From contig OZ249441.1 of assembly GCA_965235115.1 (NCBI GenBank), positions 12,152,001 through 12,216,000 on the forward strand: DNA of 64,000 nt, read 5' to 3'. Shown here piece after piece: positions 40,501 through 52,500 of this stretch. This DNA comes from Laetmonice hystrix (lineage: Eukaryota). Each line of letters starts with the position of its first letter. Positions within the stretch are counted from its first letter, which is position 1. The notes below the pieces were generated by a model. It was not told the origin of the DNA. It ran no database searches and saw only the letters and a list, made by a program, of their open reading frames with translations. Made by a program: the position numbers and the translations under genes.

Positions 40501-43500
40501 ATGGAATATTCGACCTTTCTGGACCTCCAGTACCAATACTAGGGTGTCATTACAATTTCATGGAACTGAAGACAATTCGATGATTTCTGTCGAAGCATAA
40601 ACAGCAAAACAATGACAGGAACAAAAAAATCCAACCAATGGAGAACCTGCTGTACTTCTCTCAGAAATGAACTATAAAACTGGAATAACATAAATATGCT
40701 GGTAATATCCCCACCAAACTAAGAATAACCGACATAATGAACAACAAGAACATACACTAAAGCCTTCCATAGACAACAATGCATTTTCTGAAGCCCAACA
40801 TGCTAAGACACCAACAGTGGAACAAAATATATATTTCTTGCTCACTTCACTACCATTCAATTTTGGTTGTACAAATGTATTTGGTAAACTGTACGTACTC
40901 ACTTTATAGACAATTTGACTCAATGTGTGATATGAGTTTTAGATTTCCTTTATTTAATTATTGTATTATCTTTATTTTTCATCCACATTATCATGCCCAT
41001 TCATCAACTACTGGTGTATATATATATATTAGCTAGGTAAAATTAAAAAAAAAAATCATGCCATTACAATTGCAGTTATTCCTACTTGTTAGCTGGGACA
41101 TCTTGCATTTTACCACTTTAAATTTATCATGGCACTCTTGCCCTCAAAATGAAACACCCGAAATATGTGCATTGGTCAAGTCACATTCTGGAAGTTCTAC
41201 TGAGAGAATTTTGTCCACTAATCTATTTACATTCCAAAGTATTTTAGGAGTTGCAAAATACGTATGGCTACGGTATTTAGAAAAGCTGATCTCTTGAAAA
41301 AGGTATCACCAAAAAGCTTTTTGTGAGTGGGGGGGGGGGGGGGGCTACATAATATTAATGGATGGAATTTCTTTACTGCAGCTTATAGCTTTATGCGTTT
41401 GCTGATAATAACATAATATAATCGCTCTTTACGACCAGTGAGGTACCAAATTTAACTAACAAGCACTGTCAATTTCAAATCTATAAGTAAATTTAAATGT
41501 TTACATAAATAGCACCTGACACTTGAAGAATCGTATACAAAAGCATGAACTGCTGCTATGTCATATCTTGAAGAAGCAATTTTCTCTGCAACAAGTTATA
41601 CGGGCATGGTCTATTAATTAACATAAGACATTATGCTTTACTCTTATGTCAAGTGTTTTGTTTGTAAGAAGCTTTAGAGAATAATTTGACTAGTTTTTTT
41701 TACATGCAGCCCATTAGCTGGCAATTAAAAAGAAACCTCCACCTTGTCTTGTCGACCTAATTAATCACCGGAACTCGATGTGTGAGGCAGAAGACATGAT
41801 CTATGTGGAAGCTGAAGGTCGTTGGACAAGGGGGTATGTGTGAGACAAGGAAGGGGGTTGAAGCAGGGCATACCGAGTCAGGCGCAGCATGAGCAGAAGT
41901 GACATGGCCCGCTTGACTGGCTATGAAGTAGGGGCCCATGTTTCCATGAACCGGACAGAAAACGACCTTATTTTGCTGGGCAGCCTGGAGACACTGTTCA
42001 ACCAGATAGCAGTAAATGCGCTCGCCAACACCGCCCGGCACTGTCTCCGCACCACTAACCCCAAACCTGGAAGTAAAACAGGTACACACAACTTTCATCA
42101 CCAAAACCGACTACCATTCTTAAGGTCAGAGATCAAAGGTCAAGGCCACAAGCCAAGGGCATTGGTCACCAGGCAGCGATGTGGAGGGATAGCGTTTCGT
42201 CCAAGTTTCACATCTAAAGATGACAGCATTCATGAAGGGCGAGTGCGAGCGTTGGTGGATTTGAATGTCAGCCTACCACATCCGGTGCCAGTTGTAGAAT
42301 TGGGTCAACATCATGCGCAGAGGTGTGCAGGCCATGGCGCGGACACCTCAGGACGGACAGGCGGTTAAGGTCGGCCGCTAGGACACACTGCTCAACTGTG
42401 AACACAAACATTTGGTCCCTGCAAACAGAAGGGGCCCCGGAAAATACAGCCACCTGTTACATAAAGAGTGCATTACAAGGAGTCTGTGTGGTTTCCGAGT
42501 ACAACCAGGGAGAATTCCGAGTACAACCAATGATAATTCATTACATGTGTATATAAATCTTAGTCGGTTTAGATTTGGTATTCTGAACCAAATCAGAGCT
42601 GTATGATCTGCCACTGAAACACAGATAATATCTCATGAATACAAGACATTTATAAAAGAGTTTTTACACGTCAGTATCTACCTTTAAACAATGGAACACT
42701 ATCAAAATTTTGTAAATTATTGAACACCTGCATACTGCAGGAATACCTGCTCTAATGTTCTGTTTTAATATATTAGTCTACCTGTAAATCGTGGGCAAGA
42801 ATGACAGCAATCTAAACAGAATTAACATTAACAATGAATTTGCATCAAATGAATCAGTACACTACTCTTAGTATTGACTTCAGTAATGATATGAAGACAA
42901 CTATGATTAATAAAGATTCAAAGTTTGGCTTACCTTTCCAGCCGGGGCAGTATGCCTGTTGCCTCTGCTGTCCGGTTATACAGTGTGCCTACAGTCTGCA
43001 CCATCTTGAAGCCGCTGTTATACACTGAGTCCACCCACGTTCCCGCAATAGGCCCAGCTGGGGCCGAGCCAACCTTCACCTCAGAGCTACACCCATCACC
43101 TTCTGCAGCATGAGCATCATCAGTTCTGGGCACTTGTTGGACTGGTGTGGGCTTTTCTATGTAAACTGGTTCTGTAATACAGGGATGTTGGTCGTTAGGG
43201 CTGAGGTCGACCATGGACCAGGCCTCCGTGCTGGCAATGTCACGCTCCTGCCGGTCCTTCTGCTGCAGCATACAGCGTGTACATGGCACCACTCGGGTGA
43301 TGAGGTACATCCCTCGCGAGTTCTGCACAAACCGTGCCCCCAGGTCAGGGTACCAGTCCTCAAGGAGAGTATCAATGTGGTCCACCATCTTGGCGAGCAG
43401 TCCCGCTGTCACTTGTGGACTGGGTTGGATAACTAAACTCTCATTGTGTCCGGTGTCCGTGCTGGTTGGCTTCGTATCGCTGTCATTGAAGTCAAAGTGC

Positions 43501-46500
43501 ACGGTGATCGACTCATTTGGGAAGAGTACCTCCAGTATGGACGTGCTGTTAAGGTTTAACAGTGCTACTCCTCCCTCCACCTCTTCCTGGCGCATCACCA
43601 TTTGACAGTGGCGATAATCACAGAAAGTGTTTGGTTTGTCACGTGGCGCCTCTTTCAGGCGAGCTAAGACGACATCCATGTAGCGCAACTCAACACCAGT
43701 CTGCCAGCATTTCCACTCGGGACAGCTTCCCTGGGTGCGCATAAAATCATCATTTGTTGTGAGAACGTCTGGTAGGTTATAGAGACTTAAAATGAGGCTG
43801 TAGAGGGTGCTGTCTCCTAGCAACCGTGTAATGAGGCGTGGCCAGAACCCACTGGGGAAATATGACATGAGGTAGAGCCTAACTAGTGCCACAGCTGGGT
43901 TTGAGTTGTTGGTAACCTTCAACATGCAGGAGCCCCCATCCTGTACTTCCCTCTTATCCTCAGCATTCTCCAGTATTCCTTCCTTTCCTGTCGACACATC
44001 ATCCTGGGAGGGCTGATCTAGCTTCTGCTCCAGGGTATACGCACTGGAGTCAACATAGAAAGTAGATCGCCCCTCCTCGTGAAGATCCATAGCTGAGGTG
44101 TTTGGCCCCTCCAGAACAATATGTTCTCCTGTCCCGTAATGTGGCTTCTGTAACTGGCAACCCAAAACAGGGATCTGTGGTGGAAACAACAAGATGATGG
44201 TATCAAATATGGAAAATACATAATCTCATGAGTAATCACCACAGCCTGCATTATATATGTCCAAAAATCAATACGACTTGCTTCACTGTGAGAGACACTG
44301 CAAATTTGATTCTTAGGAGTTGCGCCAACCAATTCAGGATAACGGGACTTACACGAATGTCTGTATACGGACGTCCATGGCGGAGGTCAGATTCAGCAGG
44401 GAGAAGGGACGGAATGAGGAGGTTGTATTCATCCCAGAGTAGCGCCACTTCAAACTTATTGAGCAGGTCAATGATGTAAGTTTTGATGTCTTCTGGTTTG
44501 AAAGCTGCATTTTTGAACTGTAAGCGTAGGTCCTCGGTCCGCATTATACCTGTAGAATAATTTTTGTTACACAGGGTTGGAGACCATATGGCAAATATTT
44601 ACAGAACAAGCCTGACAGCTCAAACCATGAGCAACCAGCATACTGGGATATCAGAAAACGGCAAACCTTAACATTAATTTTCCTTGCTCCTTAACTAACC
44701 TGACTTTGCAAGCGAGTTGATTTCTCTGATGGTCACAACGTTTGCCATCATGTCACAGAGCCACTGGGGGTCAAGGAAGTACACATCCTGGAGGCTCACA
44801 TCATCATAGTGCAACAAAACACCTGTACACCAGACAAAAAAATGGTGAAATAAGTTTGATTACAAGGAATCATTGTCATTAAACTAATGATATATAGTCA
44901 ACACTAATAGACCTATAGGAAATGAAATTTGAGTCCCTACCATTCTCATGTAAGAACTGTGTGGCCTGGTTCAGCTCAGCAATGTCACGAAAGGATGAAC
45001 TGTACAACTCCTCCATCTTACTCATGACCAGAATCCTGGATGAAAATGAGAGAATCGTTTTACATGACTACTACGCATCTAAACACACAGTACCAGCCCC
45101 AAAGAAAAAATAGACAAAATTCCTTACATAACCATCTAACATAACTACCATACTGAAAGCCTGATGAAAATATTATGACACATATCTGTGATATGGACAT
45201 TGCAGCCCAGGATTTTCTACCAGCAATGAAAATTCCAAGATTGGTAGTCAAATGAGATTCACTGACAACACATGGCTATCCCTAGACGTGGACACCCTTA
45301 ACAGCTTTGCGTTAAGGATGTGGGACAAGCCATAGAGAATTTACCAAATGCGTGGGTTGGCTCGGTTTTAACGCCGATTTCAAACCCCTGTCGCGATGTC
45401 TACTTACAATAAAATGCCCATGTTAATGTGTATAGTGTTCGCTAGGATCTTGGTCAAGGAATTGTCTATTCCAAAGGTGATTTTGACTTGTCAGGCCTTT
45501 TGTTGTAAGTTCAGTCCGACTTTTTAAAACTCTTGTCCGCCATGGGCCATTCAGCCTAACATGAATCAGCTGGTTCCGGTTCCATTGTCACATGCGCAGT
45601 ACCAACAGACAACAATGGCGGACAGGAACGAATCTTCGATTTACTTCGATTCAGGGTATAAAAAAGGCCGTAATATATTACAGAAGGAGCGCATTACTTC
45701 CTAAACTGTGCGCTGCACGTCGTCAGATGTAAATGGAAGTAATCATGTATTCGTATAGATATGAATCGGTGCCGTTTCTTTATTTGAAGGGATTTTGCAA
45801 ATTCTCGACGTGTCGTCCAACGACCCTAACACGCTAGTGTATGGGGGAGAGTCAACGGCTAGGCTATCCCCAACAACACAAGAGATTTAACCGGTAATAC
45901 CGGTAAAATTTTTTAAACCACGTTAAAACCCAACGAACACTGAATGTGTCTTCCTCTCATTGACAAGCACCAGTAGCCCCCATCAGGTGGTCAAGGTCAG
46001 TGAGTTTACCTGTACTGCTCTGTGTGAAGGACAGGGTCCTTTCCTTCTGCCTTGCGCTGCTCAGCCAACATAGTAACGACATCCTGGAGGTGAACATAAC
46101 TCGCGGGAACCTTCTGTTCCACAAGCTTCACTCCTTTACTCCCTGAAACAAGGTAACATACAATACATGGTGAGAACCCAACTGGGCACCCCTAAAGGAC
46201 TGACCTGATTTTTAGTCATGGGTCGCGAAGTTTAAGTAACTATACACTATTACAGACTTAACTACTTTCTGAGTGAGTTAGCTAACTATAGGGCTGCTTT
46301 CCTGTGCCGTTTCAATGTAGGGATGATTTGTCCAAAGTAACCTTGCCATTTGTAGTCTAATACAGGGATTTTGCCATTTGTAGTCTAATAGTCAAGTTAT
46401 TGACTATTAGACTACAAATGGCAATATCAGAACCCCAGATATATACATTTTTAACTTTATCATGAGCTGGGGAAAAGCTGGGGAAAATGTGTCGAGTCGA

Positions 46501-49500
46501 AGGTGAAATGAAGTAGACAGAGCCTGCCACCTTCAACTATGTACTATCTCTTCTAACAAATAACAGTCACACTGACTACAACCTCACACAGAACCTTTTT
46601 AAAGAGAAGTTACTGCATAATTCCTCATGTAGCTCACCACCGCAAGAAGAGAATGGAAAACCCAGCCAGTCTTTAAAAATGAGCATTTTCAGGTGCCACC
46701 AGAATTTTGAGCCTCAATTCCTTGTTACCTGCTCCTGCAAATCCTACTGAGAAGCAAGCTTGACAAACATCAAAGGAAACTGCTTATTACAGTCTGCTCT
46801 TCAATATCTGGCATCAATTAAAATGTAGTTCTATTAAAAAAAAACTGATAGAGCAAAACTACCCGGTATCCACGTTTAACTTTATCTGCTCGACACAGAG
46901 GGTAGAGGAATGAAGGCAGTAACCGTCCCTCCTTTACATTGATGACATCTGCGGACCTCTCTCGTTTTATAATTAACAAAGAAATGTTTATATCTGACAA
47001 CATACCTGGCCACTGCTCCTCAAAGGCTACAGTACAGATCAGGTTAACGAGATCACTGATGTGGGACCTTGTCATCAAGGTTGGTTTACAGGAGATCTCC
47101 ACACTTCCAATGACCCGTGGCAATCCCCACTTCTCTGGCTCCGAATGTCGTCGGTACTTATCAAAGATCAGGTTCTGTAAGTCATTCAGGTAGTTGGGTG
47201 GGTAACGCCGCTTGTTGATCTGGTCGAGATGTGTCCCAACAATGATGACGGGTGAGTTTGGGGCTCGAGCCTGGATGTTAACTAGCCACTGCATGATGTC
47301 TAGTACACCTTTCTCTCCATCGGTCACTCGCCAGCACACCAAGTAAAGTGATCGCTTGGTCAGGAAGTACTGGTGTGTAGCATAGTACTCTTTCTGTAGA
47401 GCATGAAAGAAACCAAACGTGATTATAACTATTTATTATGTATGTAAACCAGTTTTATAAGATACACAGTGTTTCAGGCTCAATGAGGGATTAGAAAACA
47501 ACACCATTATGGTAAACTTTCGTAGTCCAAGTTTGAAGATTTCACATCTAAACTTTGGATGTGGTATTTAGAGGTGTTGATATCAACCCTTATGCTAGTA
47601 ACTAATGTTTCCTTTTGGTTTTTGAACTCGCCTAAGTCTGATGCCTCTTTAGCCCACAAGATACATTAACCTTAACCTTAACCCCATGACAATATTTCAT
47701 GGGCTCCTTACCTGACCACCAAAGTCCCATGTACGAAAGATGATCTCCTTGTTTCCACGCTGCAGTATGAGGTCACTAATGTCGACCCCAACTGTTGAGA
47801 TGTTGTCACCCTTCAGATCCTTGTCCTTCATGCTTCCATGTCCCATACGCTGGGCCCAGTTCTGGCATAAAACAAAGTCACACATTGAAATTACCAACTA
47901 ATCAATGTATGTAATCACAACGATGGTACATCAATTCCTAAACCCATTCCTGTCATGTCCTTCCCAATAATTTACCTGCACCTCAACATTCAGGAACAAG
48001 GCACATTGAAAGTACCCATAAGCATTTCTACAACTTAGTTAGAAAGAAAAAGTATCCAGATTTCTGGGATGGGGTATTTTCCAATAAAATATACAGAAAT
48101 ATAGTGCATGAGTTCATATCAATTAGCCATACTCTAAACTGGTAAAACGTTGATACATCAATGCACATCAGACATCAGAATCACAAGTGACTACCTTGTT
48201 AGTTTTGCTGGAGGTAGAACGTCCTTCACGCCGTAACTGATTGAGAAGGGATGTTTTTCCTATGCCCTGCACTCCCACAAACATCAACTTCATCCTGTTG
48301 TAGAGTGTGGCTCTGGAAAAATAAAGAAAAAAATACACCCATGATTGAAAGGTATATTACCTTTGGTATAACGTTTTTCTTAAAGTATCAACTTTGTCTG
48401 CATAAAATCATCGTTTCTGCAGGACTTTTATGTGAAAAAAAACCCCTAGTATGTGTACGGTTCAGCAGACCAATCACTTACTCATCTTTGATTGACTTAA
48501 GATAGCCAAGGACCGCAGCCGTTTTCTTTGCTTTTTCCCCCAAAAGAGACCCTAGAAGGCGGTCGACAGGGTTACAACTCAAGTCCAGGTTCCAAAGTTT
48601 TCTCAACAATCCCATCTCAGGTGGCAACTGAAGAACAGTTACAGATACACAAATGTCAAGATCATTTATGAGTTCTACAGTACAATTCAGCATAGATATT
48701 TTGTGGTAAAATAATCTAACAGTTGCTACAGAATTGGCATTTTTTCAAAATATCATAAAATGACATTAGAACAGATACAAATACTAAATACTGCACTGAC
48801 CTCTTTGATCTTGTTAGCTGCCAGTTTGAGTTCTGTCAAGGATGACATGATGCTGATCTCTACAGGCAGTGCTGACATCATGTTGTCACTGGCATCGAGC
48901 ACTGACAGCACTGGATATAGCAACTGGGGTTGACCAATCACACTGACCCCATCAGACTGACCAGAGATGCGACGTAGACTGGTCTGTAACACAAAATATA
49001 AACTTCTTCATATTGGTTTCAATTTTTTTGAGTTTAATGTATAATGTATAATAAGTTAGCTGGTTTGGCATGAAAAATCCCTTAAAAAGCCTTCATTCTT
49101 ATGATCAAAGCTACAAAAATTCGACTATGACTGCTATGAACCCCCCCCCCCCCCCTTGCAGATTTATCTTCAATGTCATTCCAACAGGCAGTGTTCTACG
49201 AAACCTTAGAAATACGCAGTATTTGCTCACCCTGCTGGGCGATTTCTGTAACTCCTCCGAGCTGGACAGATCTGTGCTGAAGCACCCTGAGTCCACAGAT
49301 AGGGTCAGGTTGTTGAGCTTGTTGTGGTCGATCTTTAAGGTCTTCAGCTGCTCAAGACAGACGTGACTCCGGTGGCTGCAGATAGACACACCCTGGAGGC
49401 TTACCCGTGGAGATGGCGGGACTGACATTGGCGATGGTGTCACTATTCCAGAGTTCAATGTCGACCTTCCACTTGATGAACTCTGGCTCCGCCTACAACA

Positions 49501-52500
49501 GACAATATATTTTATATTTAAGAGATCAAAATTTTGAATCTCATAGGAGATAAAAAAGAGAAAGGTTATTGAATTCTCTAATTCTTTGACTTCAAAGAAA
49601 ATTCTTTTTTAAACATTTAACCGACTCACTGTTTTTTGGGTGATGGGTTGTAGCATGTCCTAAGTGCCCAACGCTCCACGTACTGCTCATCATCATACCG
49701 AGCACACTCAAAAAGCACATGGCCAAAGATTCGGTTGTTGGAAATGTCGAGTATCTTCAAGGCAGCTGGGTACAGGCTGAGTGCACCCACATGACTGAGT
49801 CGGTTGTGGGCCAGAGTGAGTTTACTGAGCAAAGGAGCAAGGCAGGCCAATCCAGTTGGCACACTATCAAAGAGGTTGTTGGCCAGGTTCAGCTCCTGGA
49901 TGGGGCAGACCTTCCCACCATTATTGGCCCCGTCCAGGTCCACGAGGCCAATAGAAGCTCGGACTCGAAGCTTATCCTCCCAGTGGTTTACATGTTCGAC
50001 CGAGTTCTCAGTGTATGTCCTGGCTGGAGACAAAAGTCCAGATGTATCTTCCTGTGTGACTGTTACGTCTCCCTCTCCAGAACCATTAGCACCACTTCCA
50101 CTGCCGGTGCTCCCGCTCCCATGGCTTGTTGAAACACTCCCCTTTTTTGGTGTGCTAGGAACGCTGCTACTATAGCTTACTTGGTCCTCAGCACTCAAGT
50201 CAACCGAGCCATCTAAAGAACTTGTTTCTGAAGAAGCTGTTGGCTGAGAGAGGTCAGAGAGGGGAAGCTCACGGAGCGAGTTGTGTGAAAGGTTTACCTC
50301 CAGAATGGAAGGAGCCAACCATATCTCAAATGGCAGGCGATCAATCTCGTTATGAGAGGCGTTAAGTCTTTTAAGAGAAGGGAGCTTAAACAGTGAGGAT
50401 GGCAGGGTCTTTAGCTTGTTTTTATTAATTTGGACCTCTTCTAGAACTGGCAGATCCCACTGTAAGTCTGTGTTGGTAGGTCGAGATGGTTCGCCATTGG
50501 GGGAACCCACTTTACCAATGCCAAATACAACAACGGCTACCTCAGTATTGCTCGAATCCCCAGGCAAGGATAACAGCTGGTTTTCTGATACGTTTAGCAG
50601 TCTTAAGGATTTGAGGCTGAACATTTCTTTGGGTAGGGTAATGAGATTATTTTTTGAGATGTCAATGCGGGTAATAGCAAATGGGGCAAGATCCTGATGA
50701 GAACCGAGAAGATTGGAGTTGTGCAGTAATGCAGCTTCTGTAAGCCATATGGCTTCTACTTGGGGCAGCCGCAAAGCATGCCAGTTGATGGCTGTTGGGG
50801 CAGATGGGAATGTGGTACTTGTCGAGTCATACGTGTTGTATGTCGCTTGCAGGTGTCCGCAATGGTGCATTATGACGGCCTGCTTGTTGATTTTAAACTC
50901 TGAGTCCCAGAAGGACTTATACTTGAGCAGTGTACCAGCCATGCTACTATGCTGTGAGAGCGTGGCTGCACCAAGAACTTTCAGGTCTGTATCCTGAGCC
51001 TTGTATCGCATCAGCAGATCCATCATTGCAACATCCCCAGATATGCAAGCTTCCATTAGCGCTGTTGAATTCCCGCTTGGACTAATAATTGGCTTATTAG
51101 CATTTGCCTTGTTTTCAAGCAATAACTGCGCCACCTGGTGAAAACCATTCAAACTGTTACCCTTCACTGCAAGATGTAAGGGTGAACGCCCATCTAAGTC
51201 CAGAGCATCAACCTCCACTGGACAGAAATGGTTCTTGTCTGTCAGTGGGGCAACTCCAGTGTACAAGTCCTCGGTTGCCTCTCGAACATCAGGACTCTCA
51301 AGTTCTGCTGGCGAGTCAGTGGCATTCATTGTTGAATTCAAAAAATTACCCTTAACTTCTTGTTCAGACTCTTCCATCTCCTGCTCTACTTCTGAACTGT
51401 TACTTGCAAAGCTCTCACGCTTAACAATTTTCACTCGAAAGTTCAGTAGTAGCGCAACTATTTCTGGATGGTTTTGCATGCATGCAATGTGAAGCGGGCT
51501 GTGGCTGCGGCCATCTTTAGCATTGACAGAAAATCCAAGCCGATAAAAATGGTCTTTGTTTTCATCCCGAAATATTGACTTCATACCCTGAGGGTATGGA
51601 AAGTTAAGAATGAGGCTGGCCACCTGGTGGTGACCTTCTGCAGCAGCAATGTGAAGTGGAAGGGTGCCATCAATAGTTGGTGACTGAACCAACTCAGGGT
51701 AGTGCTGAAAACATCACATATTTCTATTACTATACGCTTCAATCAGCTTTGTTTCCAAACAAAACTGAATTAACTTAAACAAATTCATAAGTTCACACAG
51801 AAATGTAGGCTGATTAAAGCCAAGAACATCCTTAGAAGAAACAACCTATCTAACTTATTCTAAGCTCAAGCGAATATTGCACATGTTCTAATAAATTATA
51901 ATAAATTAAGTTATGCTGATTGTTAAATTAAGTAGTGTAGACAGAACTGGTAGTGACTTTCTCACCTGTAAAATAACCTTGGCTGTGGGGGCATGACCTG
52001 CCATACAAGCTGCATGGAGGGGCGACTGGCCAGTTACAGGGTGTACCTGCCCCTCGGCACCATGTGACAAGATGAACTCGGCTATGTCCACTTTGCTTGA
52101 CTCACACACCCTGTACAAGGATTTCATGGTCAGTCAAATCTTACTATCATTCTGAGATATTGCATATCCTCAGCCCCAAGGATAATATTGACACTGCTAC
52201 TAGTCTGAACAAGGAAACTGATGGTAATATCACTATAATCAAGGAGACTATTGTTCTCCATAAATTTATTCCTGGCTGGGTATCAGCATCTTTAGCAGTC
52301 TATATTATGCACATATGTTCCACGCCAGGTCTCAGGTTTTTAACCAAGTTTACAATTACAATAAAACTTCACAATACAGTCAAGCTGAGTAAATTTTAAC
52401 ATAAAATGAATTCTTCCCCACACCCATCCCACTTCATTAGAATCAGAATTGGCAGGTTGTACTTGTAAAGCAGGGAGTTCTGGCCATCAGGTGTGTTGTT

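Noticed and set aside
49719-51492. Several plus-strand ORFs of 83-137 aa overlapping LRRK exon 6
   Set aside because: Antisense shadows of the real minus-strand coding exon.
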